Source: Nemertoderma westbladi
Taxonomy: Eukaryota; Animalia; Xenacoelomorpha
DNA: 64,000 nt
Direction: 5' to 3'
Assembly: GCA_032718475.1 (NCBI GenBank)
Contig: JAUCBJ010005050.1
Coordinates: forward strand, 5,395 to 69,394
The number at the start of each line of letters is the position of its first letter. Positions within the stretch are counted from its first letter, which is position 1. Positions 13,501 to 27,600 of this stretch are shown one piece after another. Made by a program: the position numbers and the translations under genes. The notes beneath the pieces were generated by a model. That model was not told the DNA's origin and made no database searches. It worked only from the letters and a program-made list of their open reading frames with translations.

Positions 13501-16500
13501 GTAATCAACCAACGGCTAGCCATGCAGACAAGGTCGGCGGAAGGTAATCATCCAACGGCTAGACATGCAGACAAGGTCGGTTGAAGGTAATCAACCAACG
13601 GCTAGACATGCAGACAAGGTCGGCTGAAGGTAATCAACCAACGGCTAGACATGCAGACAAGGTCGGCTGAAGGTAATCAACCAACGGCTAGACATGCAGA
13701 CAAGGTCGGCTGAAGGTAATCAACCAACGGCTAGACATGCAGACAAGGTCGGCGGAAGGTAACCAACCAACGGCTAGACATGCAGACAAGGTCGTCTGAA
13801 GGTAATCAACCAACGGCTAGACATGCAGACAAGGTCGAGGGAAGGCAATCAACCAACGGCTAGATATGCAGACAAGGTCGGGGGAAGGTAATCAACCAAC
13901 GGCTAGACATGCAGACAAGGTCGGGGGAAGGTAATCAACCAACGGCTAGACATGCAGACAAGGTCGGGGGAAGGTAATCAACCAACGGCTAGACATGCAG
14001 ACAAGGTCGGGGGAAGGTAATCAACCAACGGCTAGCCATGCAGACAAGGTCAGCTGAAGGTAATCAACCAAAGGCTAGACATGCAGACAAGGTCGACTGA
14101 AGGTAATCAACCAACGGCTAGACATGCAGACAAGGTCGGGGGAAGGTAATCAACCAACGGCTAGACATGCAGACAAGGTCAGCTGAAGGTAATCAACCAA
14201 CGGCTAGACATGCAGACAAGGTCGGCGAAAGGTAATCAACCAACGGCTAGACATTCAGACAAGGTCGGCGGAAGGTAATCATCCAACGGCTAGCCATGCA
14301 GACAAGGTCGAGGGAAGGTAATCAACCAACGGCTAGACATGCAGACAAGGTCGGCGGAAGGTATTCAACCAACGGCTAGCCATGTAGACAAGGTCGGCTG
14401 AAGGTAATCAACCAACGGCTAGACATGCAGACAAGGTCGGGGGAAGGTAATCAACCAACGGCTAGAAATGCAGACAAGGTCGGGGGAAGGTAATCAACCA
14501 ATGGCTAGCCATGCAGACAAGGTCGGCGGACGGTTTTCAACCAACGGCTAGCCATGTAGACGAGGTCGGTGGAAGGTAATCAACCAAGGGCTAGCCATGC
14601 AGACAAGATCGGGGGAAGGTAATCAACCAACGGCTAGCCATGCAGACAAGGTCGGCTGAAGGTAATCAACCAACGGCTAGCAGACAAGGTTGGCTGAAGG
14701 TAATCAACCAACGGCTAGACATGCAGACAAGGTCGGGGGAAGGTAATCAACCAACGGCTAGACATGCAGACAAGGTCGGCTGAAGGTGATCAACCAACGG
14801 CTAGACATGCAGACAAGGTCGGGGGAAAGTAATCAACCAAAGGTTAGCCATGCAGACAAGGTCGGGGGAAGGTAATCAACCAACGGCTTTCCATTCAGAC
14901 AAGGTCGGCGGAAGGTAATCAACCAACGGCTAGCCATGCAGACAAGGTCGGGGGAAGGTAATCAACCAACGGCTAGTAATGTAGACAAGGTCGGTGGATG
15001 GTAATCAACCAACGGCTAGCCATGCAGACAAGGTCGGGGGAAGCTAATCAACCAACGGCTAGACATGCAGACAGGTCGGCTGAAGGTAATCAACCAACGG
15101 CTAGACATGCAGACAAGGTCGGCGGAAGGTAATCAACCAACGGCTAGTAATGTAGACAAGGTCGGTGGAAGGTAATCAACCAACGGCTAGCCATGCAGAT
15201 AAGGTCGGGGGAAGCTAATCAACCAACGGCTAGACATGCAGACAGGTCGGCTGAAGGTAATCAACCAACGGCTAGACATGCAGACAAGGTCGGCGGAAGG
15301 TAATCAACCAACGGCTAGACATGCAGACAAGGTCGGCTGAAGGTAATCAACCAACGGCTAGCCATGCAGACAAGGTCAGGGGAAGGTAATCAACCAACGG
15401 CTAGTAATGTAGACAAGGTCGGTGGAAGGTAATCAACCAACGGCTAGCCATGCAGACAAGGTCGGGGGAAGGTAATCAACCAACGGCTAGTAATGTAGAC
15501 AAGGTCGGTGGAAGGTAATCAACCAACGCCTAGACATGCAGACAAGGTCGGGGGAAGGTAATCAACCAACGGCTAGCCATGCAGACAAGGTCGGTGGAAG
15601 GTAATCAACCAACGGCTAGACATGCAGACAAGGTCGGGGGAAGGTAATCAACCAACGGCTAGCCATGCAGACAAGGTCGGCGGAAGGTAATCAACCAACG
15701 GCTAGCCATGCAGACAAGGTCGGGGGAAGGTAATCAACCAACGGCTAGACATGCAGACAAGGTCGGCGGAAGGTAATCAACCAACGGCTAGCCATGCAGA
15801 CAAGGTCGGCTGAAGGTAATCAACCAACGGCTAGACATGCAGACAAGGTCGGCTGAAGGTAATCAACCAACGGCTAGCCATGCAGACAAGGTCGGCTGAA
15901 GGTAATCAACCAACGGCTAGACATGCAGACAAGGTCGGCGGTAGGTAATCAACCAACGGCTAGACATGCAGACAAGGTCGGGGGAAGGTAATCAACCAAC
16001 GGCTAGTAATGTAGACAAGGTCGGTGGAAGGTAATCAACCAACGGCTAGACATGCAGACAAGGTCGGAGGAAGGTAATCAACCAACGGCTAGATATGCAG
16101 ACAAGGTCGGGGGAAGGTAATCAACCAACGGCTAGCCATGCAGACAAGGTCGGCTGAAGGTAATCAACCAACGGCTAGCCATGCAGACAAGGTCGCTGGA
16201 AGGTAATCAACCAACGGCTAGCCATGCAGACAAGGTCGGGGGAAGGTAATCAACCAACGGCTAGCCATGCAGACAAGATCGGGGGAAGGTAATCAACCAA
16301 CGGCTAGCCATGCAGACAAGGTCGGCTGAAGGTAATCAACCAACGGCTAGCCATGCAGACAAGGTCGCTGGAAGGTAATCAACCAACGGCTAGCCATGCA
16401 GACAAGGTCGGGGGAAGGTAATCAACCAACGGCTAGACATCCAGATAAGGTCGGCTGAAGGTAATCATCTAACGGCTAGCCATGCTGACAAGGTCGGCTG

Positions 16501-18409
16501 AAGGTAATCAACCAACGGCAGGCCATGCTGACAATGTCGGCTGAAGGTAATCAACCAACGGCTAGACATGCAGACAAGGTCGGCTGAAGGTAATCAACCA
16601 ACGGCTAGACAAGCAGACAAGGTCGGGGGAAGGTAATAAACCAACGGCTAGACATGCAGACAAGGTCGGGGGAAGGTAATCAACCAACGGCTAGACATGC
16701 AGACAAGGTCGGGGGAAGGTAATCAACCAACGGCTAGCCATGCTGACAAGGTCGGCGGAAGGTAATCAACCTACGGCTAGCCATGCAGACAAGGTCGGCG
16801 GAAGGTAATCATCCAACGGCTAGACATGCAGACAAGGTCGGTTGAAGGTAATCAACCAACGGCTAGACATGCAGACAAGGTCGGCTGAAGGTAATCAACC
16901 AACGGCTAGACATGCAGACAAGGTCGGCTGAAGGTAATCAACCAACGGCTAGACATGCAGACAAGGTCGGCTGAAGGTAATCAACCAACGGCTAGACATG
17001 CAGACAAGGTCGGCGGAAGGTAACCAACCAACGGCTAGACATGCAGACAAGGTCGTCTGAAGGTAATCAACCAACGGCTAGACATGCAGACATGGTCGGC
17101 TGAAGGTAATGAACCAACGGCTAGATATGCAGACAAGGTCGGGGGAAGGTAATCAACCAACGGCTAGACATGCAGACAAGGTCGGGGGAAGGTAATCAAC
17201 CAACGGCTAGACATGCAGACAAGGTCGGGGGAAGGTAATCAACCAACGGCTAGACATGCAGACAAGGTCGGGGGAAGGTAATCAACCAACGGCTAGCCAT
17301 GCAGACAAGGTCAGCTGAAGGTAATCAACCAAAGGCTAGACATGCAGACAAGGTCGACTGAAGGTAATCAACCAACGGCTAGACATGCAGACAAGGTCGG
17401 GGGAAGGTAATCAACCAACGGCTAGACATGCAGACAAGGTCAGCTGAAGGTAATCAACCAACGGCTAGACATGCAGACAAGGTCGGCGAAAGGTAATCAA
17501 CCAACGGCTAGACATTCAGACAAGGTCGGCGGAAGGTAATCATCCAACGGCTAGCCATGCAGACAAGGTCGAGGGAAGGTAATCAACCAACGGCTAGACA
17601 TGCAGACAAGGTCGGCGGAAGGTATTCAACCAACGGCTAGCCATGTAGACAAGGTCGGCTGAAGGTAATCAACCAACGGCTAGACATGCAGACAAGGTCG
17701 GGGGAAGGTAATCAACCAACGGCTAGAAATGCAGACAAGGTCGGGGGAAGGTAATCAACCAATGGCTAGCCATGCAGACAAGGTCGGCGGACGGTTTTCA
17801 ACCAACGGCTAGCCATGTAGACGAGGTCGGTGGAAGGTAATCAACCAAGGGCTAGCCATGCAGACAAGATCGGGGGAAGGTAATCAACCAACGGCTAGCC
17901 ATGCAGACAAGGTCGGCTGAAGGTAATCAACCAACGGCTAGCAGACAAGGTTGGCTGAAGGTAATCAACCAACGGCTAGACATGCAGACAAGGTCGGGGG
18001 AAGGTAATCAACCAACGGCTAGACATGCAGACAAGGTCGGCTGAAGGTGATCAACCAACGGCTAGACATGCAGACAAGGTCGGGGGAAGGTAATCAACCA
18101 AAGGCTAGCCATGCAGACAAGGTCGGGGGAAGGTAATCAACCAACGGCTAGACATGCAGACAAGGTCGGGGGAAGGTAATCAACCAACGGCTAGACATGC
18201 AGACAAGGTCAGCTGAAGGTAATCAACCAACGGCTAGACATGCAGACAAGGTCGGCTGAAGGTAATTAACCAACGGCTAGCCATGCAGACAAAGTCGGCT
18301 GAAGGTAATCAACCAACGGCTAGACATGCAGACAAGGTCGGGGGAAGGTAATCAACCAACGGCTAGACATGCAGACAAGGTCGGCTAAAGGTAATCATCC
18401 AACGGCTAG
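4562..18409. repeat. 43-bp satellite, left arm (about 320 units) with higher-order block duplications
   Basis: Consensus CAGACAAGGTCGGNNGAAGGTAATCAACCAACGGCTAG[C/A]CATG, period 43; 38-bp deletion variants. Confidence 0.98.
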
Positions 18410-19577
18410 TGTAAAAGCTTTTGCGGATATAATCAGTCCCCTTGCCCGCAAGGTACCGTTATAGGTGTTTTAACGGACATAAAAGTCATTCTTCTATATG
18501 TGTGCTTTGGCGGACATGGTAAGGCATAAAACCCGCAATGCGTCAAATACTCTGGCACAGCTTAGCCTTGATGATTCAGATTACGACATCTAACAGCTGG
18601 TTGCTGGCATGGAAACGGCCATTGGACACATGTTTCTTTGTTTAGCTTAACAGCCAATCAGGGCGATATTTACTGTCGATGTGGAGATTTTCTACAGATC
18701 GTGCTAGGAGTGTTCAGTCTTACTGTTTTTCTTGATACTGTTGTGTTGTTTCTATCTAGGCCAAGAACACCGGCTCTAGAGTCAATTCGTTTCAGACTTT
18801 AGAAGAAACATTAGTAGGCTTAGATTATAGAGCGTATAACTGTTATCGGCACAGTCCAGTCTTAACGGCACATACATTGTCATATCATATCTTAACCTAC
18901 CGTCTTAATGCTTTTACTGTTGTTATTATTTTGTATCAGTTGGTTGAATATTATTTGGAGAACATCTATAAAGAACCCAAATTTCCCAATTTTCTTGATA
19001 CACTACAGGTTAGAGAGACAGGTTACATATAGCGATTGCGACTTATATTATTGTGGTTTGTAGTGAATTTAATGCTATTTGATAAGCACTACATGAGTCA
19101 ATTGCTGTTCTCTTTATATATGATAAAATTCATTGACAGTCGGCAAATTAGTGTGCAGTATTGTGCGTTACCGGTAGTGTGCATGATTGTGACTGATAAC
19201 TAAGCATTTCCTAAAGAATGCGCCTCATACGTGAATCATAAGCCTTACCGACTTACCGTTGTGTTTAGTATAAGTCATATCTCTGTTTACCTAGATAGAC
19301 CGCCACGTCCTAAAGGAACTGTTAATATTTCCCGAAAGTGAATAATATTAGTCAGAAATTATTTATTAACGATCAATCGAATAATACAGTAAGCTTACAC
19401 TGCAATAACAATCTAAGCCCTCCTAATCCAGTCTCCCGGGTATATCCAGCGGGTGAATGGACGCGCACTAGGCTGGTCGTGGTTAAATACTTGTCATTTT
19501 CTAAAGTCTATTTATAAACCAAAAGACATATAAATTTTGGCAGGTTAAACTGCTAAAGGTCTTCAAAAGCGCGTACA
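18410..19577 (+). repeat. 5' LTR (1,168 bp)
   Basis: TGTAAAAGC...GCGCGTACA; matches 35484-36672 with about 7 substitutions (by eye) and one 21-bp net indel; CCAAT box near 18654, Inr-like TCAGTC at 18715. Confidence 0.97.
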
Positions 19578-21675
19578 ATAACAGTTATTTTTCTTTATTG
19601 CAGTAAGCAATAAAGTTAAAAGTACCGGTCGACCGGTAAACCTGAACCGGTACTGCTGTAGGTCCGTAGGCCCAACTGCCAGAATCGGTACTGCTGTAGG
19701 TCCATAGGCCTAACTGCCTGAACCGGTACTGCTGTAGGTCTGTAGGCCCAACTGTCCTAACCGGTACTTCCAGTATAAGTACATTAGTATTATTCGATTT
19801 TGATTATTGTATACCGGTAGGTCTTAGTACTTAATCAGGGAATGGCCGCCCTGGTTTTTTATTGAGATTTTACTTATTTCTGTCGGTTTTATTTACATGT
19901 AAGTTAATATTGAGCTGAAGACGTGTAAGTCTGCTCAGATTGTTCAGATAATTGTAGGCTGGACTGTTGTCTGACTGTTGTTGCTGACTGTCTGCACATA
20001 CTGTAGTTTATTTAGGCTTGACAGTATTCTGCCAGCGTTTTAGTCTGTGTTTGTTTGTGTGGTCTGTTCAGGTACCGTAATAGTTATTACTCAGATATTT
20101 TGTAGGCTGGATTGTTGTCTAGCTATTATTAGGTCTGAAGAGATTGCTGCGTGTGTAGAGTTTGTCTGATAAAGTGCCAGTTAGTAAGTTGGGGCAGCCA
20201 GAGCTGTAAGGTCAATCCCCTCTTAAAGAATAGGTCGTACTACCGTGTTAGAACGCATACTAACTAACCATTTCGGAATCTGCACATACGGTAGTTTATT
20301 TAGGCTTGGTGGTAGTCTGCCAGCGTTTGGTTTGTATTTTGTTTGAGTATTCTGTACGGGTAGCGTAATATTTATTATTCAGAGTTTATGCGATTATTCG
20401 CAACATTCATGTCCCCAAGTTTATTCCTACAGTAATTGTGCTTGTTACACATACCGTTATAGTTAAATTAACCCCGGTACTACACGGGCTGCTTGGCGTA
20501 GGTAAAGACTGGTGACTTTGTGCTCCGGTCACTCCAGCAGATGCCGTGGTTCTTTTAACTGTTCAAGTATATTTAACTACTGATTATTTGTTGTACCAGT
20601 ACTTGTACCTAATTTAGGGTTTAGTGTACAGTGCTTTCCGAAGGTAATTAGTGTGTAGGCAGTATATTTGTGTTGTAAAGTGGTTAATAGGCACGTTGGA
20701 TCTGGTAGTCCGCGGTTATTAACTTCCAGGTAGGAACACTCCATGATACATAACGTAGTACCTATAACGATACGGCTATAGGTCGTCAGGCGGTGGTATT
20801 TTCCTATCTGGACAGTGCAATATATTTACTACTACTTATTATTTTCAAATACCGTAGTACCCTGTCCATTGTAATAACCAGAATTCTAACCCTTTGTTAG
20901 GCTGGTTTGTAGACTTCCTGTAAAATTACCCTAAAAATTTGAACGTAATATTTTGTTGTGTTTAATTAGAGATTTAATCTCACCCGTATCGTAAGTAATT
21001 TGTAGTATTAAGTAACTTAGGTAAATTAGAATTATCTGTTTTAGTGTCCCATAAGTAGCACTTCACGGAGAGCGCACAGCTTCTGTGTAGTGACTTCCCC
21101 CAGAAATAATAACATTTATTTCAAATATTGACAAAACCCATTTTAAACGGGTATATAAATATTATAAATCAACTCAAACGATTTATAAATAGTAGGCCTG
21201 CCATACAACAACTAGGTCTCAATATCAGTTGGACTACTGCTTAAATAACGGTAATAAAGTAAGTTAAAGTAACCAAGTAACCCTAAAATATTCAGAAATT
21301 CAATTATTCTAAAATAATTGACATACCGGTATTTACCATAGGCTTATTATATTTATTTCTATAAATTTGGGCTGAAATCATACCGGTATTCTGTAATTAA
21401 TTCTAGTTCATAATTATACTTATATATACTATAAGTGTAAGCTGCATACCGGTATTCACGATAGGCCTATTATATATTTATATATATTTGTGCTAAAATT
21501 ATATACCGGTACTCTGTGACAAACCTAGTTTACAATACTTATATATACTATAAGTGTATACCGGTATTCTAATATACTGCAATAAATTACCGGTACTAGG
21601 CCAACGGTCATACTGAATTACTAGACTTGCTTTAACTGTAACTATAGCAGTAAGCATTCAACTGTATAACTAAAC

Positions 21676-24600
21676 ATGTCTGACACCCAGCAAACCCTGT
21701 CAGACAGTCTAATCGATACAACCATCTGTGACACAGATAGGAGTGTGGAGCGATTAAGAAAGGGGTTCAGCTCACCTCCTACTGAAAGAAAGGTCATCCC
21801 TCCAGTAGTAGTATCAGACCCTAAGCTAATCCAACACCGTAGGTCTATCATCGGCACTCGGGCCCAGGTCAAACGGAACCAGGAAGCAGCTGTCCAACAG
21901 CAGCAACATCCTATTCAAGAAACTCGTTCCCAGCGACCCGATAGCTCCAGTAGTTCGGATACTGTAGAGCTGACCCCCGAACGCGGAGTGCAGATGACGG
22001 CTACAGCCTACTCGGATCCCCTTCTCACCCTTCCTGCCGCAGTGCTAACTACTATATTGATTGCGGTGGAGGAACACCAAGTCGATTGGGCGAGAAGTAA
22101 GCGAGCGACCCAAGATAGTTATGCGGGATACGCCAGGGAAGAATTGATGTCTATTGTCGAGTCACAATGGAACTTTCCCGGACCCGGACTCCCGTTAGAT
22201 TTGTCCGAAGCTACTTGGGAAGATATACACAGGATGGGAGTGGCTAAAGATACGATGGATCCAGCTGTTTGGAAGAGGTCGGCAGCAGGATATGTGCAGG
22301 GATTCTTCGGCTCCTTAGAGAGATTGGAAGAACAACTGTTTCGACAACCCCAAGGACCTCAAGAGCAGGAAGAGCTGCTTTATCAAGTACGCGAAAGAAC
22401 CCTACGCATTAGACTAATCCTATCAGCCTTTGAGGAAACTTCCAAAAGAAGACAGGACACGTCGCTGCAGGTTGCTGTCAAGACTTGGTTCCAGCGGGTA
22501 GGTCTCAAAGTTCAAGAAACGGCCCAGTGGAAATCCCAGCTGGCTGAGAGACCAACCTATGAAGAACCAACCGATGCCACCCTTTCTCAAGTGGAAAGCG
22601 AAGAGACAGCAGCAGAGAAGCCGCCCTCGAGAGACGCCATAGACATCTATCTGTCAGACTATCAACACTTCTTGGGTGATGAAGAGTTGAGGAGACGACT
22701 GGCTGGACTTCGCCCCAATAGTGAAGGAACCAAGCTTGTGTTGGACTCAATCGATGCGGAAATGTTAGCTGCGAACCAAGCTAAATTTGATGAAAAACTC
22801 CGCCTCGCTAGAGTCCAAGAAGAACAAGTAAAGAAAAAACGGATAGAGGACCGAAAGGCAGCAGCCGTAACGGCGGCAGAAGCAGAAGAAAAAAGAAAAG
22901 CAACGGCGGCAGAAGCAGAAGCAGAAAGAAAAGCAGCGGTGGCAGAAGCAGAACGAAGAGCGTCTGAGGAGACTACCCAACTAGAGTTGGAAAATCTGCA
23001 AGAGACGCAAGACAACATAAATAAACAGTTAACTGCTAGTCACATGCAGATGATGAGAAGATCTACTCCCAAACGCCAGGGATACACATCATCGGAGGAA
23101 AGCGAAACCACCGATCCTGAAGGCGGAGGAAATAGATCTCGTCTAAGCAGGCGTAGTAAAACATCTCACCGTCACAAATTGCCTGATTTGCCCCCAGCTG
23201 TTAGAAGACAACTAGCTAGCACAGACTTAAGTAGTATAGAACCTACAGCCCAAATTATTAAGGTCAAAAGACTCCCTACTATAGTTGATGAGCCTGAAAT
23301 AATTAGGCCTGTCATTCCCAAAGTCACTCCTGTGCTAGAGACCCCTGTACTTCCAGAGCTTAACTCTAAATTCCCTTTACACAGTACTACACTGCCTGTA
23401 CCCGGTAGAACAGTCCATGAGAATATCCCTGTCCTGGGCACTGAGAGAGAAATCAAGGATTTGTCTCCCGTCGTCCCGCGTCGGCCCGCTACAATGTTGG
23501 CGACTCCCGCTTCAGCGGTCGAGTGGGTAGAGGAGGGACGTCGGGGGATGAATCTCCTGCTCGGACAGATGCAGGAGACTGTCCACCAACTTAAGGGAAC
23601 AGTAAGGGAAGGTAGGGCAGAATTGCAAGAAGTGCAGCAAAGTATCGCGATAGAATGCGACAAATTAGTCAATATACAAAAGGGTATACCAATACCCCCA
23701 GTAACATTGTGTCAACCTGTTAGGTCTGAAGTATTACATGCGCAAGGTGTGGAGCCTACACGCATCTATACTGCTAGTGAAGTAGAAACTCCTATAGCAA
23801 ACCCTATTAAGGATGATTATAAACCTGTTGTTAATGATATTCCCTATAGACCTGATAATGATCCGAGAAATTTATATACCGATAATTCGATATTAAATAA
23901 CACGATGGCCCAAGAAAGCTTTACGCGTCAGATGGCTAGAACAGAAGCCCGCCAAGCGGTCAAAGTGGGAGAGATCGTTAAATTCAATGGAGATGAGATG
24001 AAATGGTTACCTTTCAATGAATATTACACGAAGTGGGGCCTTCGCGCAGCACGTGACTTAAATTTAATTTAAGTACTAATTCGAAAGTATTACTGTATTA
24101 GCAAATTTTAAGCAGATTTCGCCTAATCACTTTTTACCTCTTTCATTTCTATTCAGACAGAGAATCTATTCACTTTCAGGCATAAAGTAGTCTTATAGCG
24201 GGTGACTGTTGAACTGATTTTCAACAAAACAAATTTTCAACTTGGCAGCTTTAAATTCGACAAAGTTATAAGCATGTCAATATCATAACGACGACAACGA
24301 TTTCACTTTCAGACATTTGGCCCTCTAGCGGCAGACTGGAGAACTGCAGATGGATTCGCCTCCTTTGAAAGTCACAGCTAATGGTCTAATACATATCTGC
24401 CAAGTTTCAGCTTAAACGGATTAAAGGCAAAGAAATGGGCGGGCATTTAATGTTTAGACATGTGGCCCTCTAGCGGGAGACCATTGCACTGATGGTGTCT
24501 GAAAGTCTCTCAAAAATCTCAACTTTAGCTCATATTGATACCTACAAATTTTCAACTTGGCAGCTTTAAATCCGACAAAGTTATTAGCATGTCAAAATCG

Positions 24601-27600
24601 TAACGACGACAACGATTTCACTTTCAGACCTTTGGCCCTCTAGCGGCAGACTGGAGAACTGCAGATGGATTCGCCTCCTTTGAAAGTCACAGCTAATGGT
24701 CTAATACATATCTGCCAAGTTTCAGCTTAAACGGATTAAAAGCAAAGAAATGGGAGGGCATTTAATGTTTAGACATGTGGCCCTCTAGCGGGAGACCATT
24801 GCACTGATGGTGTCTGAAAGTCTCTCAAAAATCTAAACTTTTGCTCATATTGATACCTACAAATTTTCAACTTGGCAGCTTTAAATCCGACAAAGTTATT
24901 AGCATGTCAAAATCGTAACGACGACGACAACGACGACGACGACGACAACGACGACGACGACGACGACGACAACTATTTGCATAAATTGACCCACCCCCTA
25001 ACAGTGTCAATTCGCTAAGGCTCCGCCAACTTCGTGGCTCGCCCCACAAAGATAGCATACAGAACTCTGTACTATCTAACGGAGAGAAACTTAGATTCCT
25101 CATCAAGTGCTTGGAAGGACCTCCCAAGTTAATGGCGTTAAAGTTTATTGGACATCCAGAAGGATTAAGACAAGTTTGGGATACATTAAACGTCAGGTAT
25201 GGTAACAAGGATAACATAGCTAAGTATTTGTATGCAAAATTAGTAGCCCCCCGAAACTTTCTTAGTAGCGGGATTATAGAGTTTTCCGATGAGATTCAGG
25301 AGATCTGAAGACAATTGGACTGGTTAGGTAAGTCTCATGAATATCAGAGTTCCATGGTTATTGGAGCCGTAGTCTCTACTTTACCAAAGGGTGGAGTATG
25401 TACACGCTGGGACAAGAAAGTGTTGTACATGAATGAACAACAACGACGAAGCCCTACCATGGCTGATCTCATGTCCTTCTTAGATGGTGAAGTAAAACTA
25501 CAACTCATCAAGCAGTCCAGAGAGAAAACATCGGAAAATAAGGTAAGTGAGAAACCCGCTTCTAGGAGAAGAGTAACACCAGTGTGTTACACTGACGACG
25601 GCGAAAGCCAAGCTTCTCAAGAAGAGGACAGCGGAAAAGACACTGACAAATTTTACTACGTTAACAAAACCTCAAAAGACGTAAGTAAATACAAGGCTCG
25701 AACCAACGATAGGAGAGAACAGGTTGCCAAGACCCCTCCTCAGTCTCCTAACAGAATGCACGGAAGAAAGCCCGAAGAAAGAACGAGAGTGCATCAAGTT
25801 ACCCAAGGTAAAGTGAGTAACATCAAACCAAACTGTGCGCTGTGCGACGGGCCCCACCGTTTGAGTGCGTGTGCGGAATTTCTAAAGAAATCCCTTGTAG
25901 ACAGACGTGCAGTCATGTGGGATAAGCGGTTATGCTATAATTGCCTTAGATCAGGACACCAACGGCGAACCTGTTACTCCGACGTAAAGTGTGCAAAGTG
26001 TGGCGCGAAACATCACATCTTGTTACACAGTGAGTTCGAACGAAACAACCCGAGTCAGGTAAGTGAGCCCGAACTACATGTCCAATTCAGTGATGTAAAT
26101 GACACTGATCAAGAATCTGAGATGGAAGGATTCTATACTGACAAATTCTCCGACGCCAACGAATCCTGTTACCTAATCAATACCGCGGTGTATCGAGCAC
26201 TTACTTATGAAAAGGACACCGACAATGAGTTCCCCCCAACTACTTTTGCCAGACAACCATCTTGGAAAGCTCCAACTTCCAATGTAGGAATCAGAGAATT
26301 TCCTGTAGTGCAGGTAAGAGTTCACGGTCCTAACAAAAGTTACATAGTGAACGCCCTCCTTGACTCCGGCAGCACAGGAACATTCATCGATCAAGAACTA
26401 GCCAAAGATATCTTTGCTGGACAACCCAAATTCCGGACTAAATTGAATATGTCAGGAATTATGCAGGTTTGGAAATCTACCCTAACGGCAGACTACTATG
26501 TAGGTGTGTTGTACACCCCCCAGGATAAATTAGGAGCACAAGGTATAAGGTCGGTAAAAATGGTGGCTATAAAGAACTTCGCTACTACCCAAGCAGACCT
26601 TTATAATTGGGACGAGGATGAGAGCATTCAACATCTTAAGATACCTCGATTCCAGACAGATTACCCTGGAGTGCAAATACTCATCGGTCAAAACGCGCAT
26701 GAGGCGCTCGAGACATTGGAGAAACGGCCTGCTCAACCGCAGCCACTGCAAACCTATGCGGTAAGAACTAGAGTAGGTTGGTACTTTACTGGCCCTTCCC
26801 GCAGAACTCTCGAAGAGAGAATGCCACAAGAACGAATATACCAAGTAAACGATTGGGAAGTGGAGAGCAGTGAGGTGGAAGAACTAACTGAGGGAACAAC
26901 ATACTCCTCAGATAATGACGACATCTACCAACTCTTCGATGAAGAGAACACAATCGACCTACTTCCAGAAAACAAAACGTGGAAAAACCAGGTGAACCTA
27001 TGTCAACTGATTCGCCCATCGGGACCCATTGATTACAATGACGAACTAAATGATGAGATAGAGCGCTACAACGCTAGAACTCGGGACGAACTCGCCGTAC
27101 GATTCTTTACTCAAGAACTGGTAGAGCCCAATTCATACGATAAGGCCCTATCGATAGAAGAAGAAAGAGCAAAGCAAATCCAGGAAACAACTACACGTTT
27201 TTTAAAGGACCAAGGTTGATATGAAATCGGCCTACCATTTCGAAAACGAGAACCTAGATTTATAAATAACAGACCCTTGGCAGAGAAAAGAATCGCTCAA
27301 TTACATCGACGCCTTACGGCTAATGCTTCAGCTAAAGAAATGTACCAAACTCAGTTGAAGAAATTTATAACAAAGGGATACGCGGAGCGAGTACCGAAAG
27401 GAACACCAGTGACTGAGAGAACGTATTACTTAACACATCATTACATTCCCAAACCTGGTAAACCCCACGAAGTACGAGTCGTATTCGATGGCTCCGCTCT
27501 ATATATGGGCCAATCCCTCAATTCCGAGTTTTTACCAGGACCCAACTTACTCCAATCTTTGTTGGGAATACTTTTAAGATTAAGACAATATTCCATCGCG

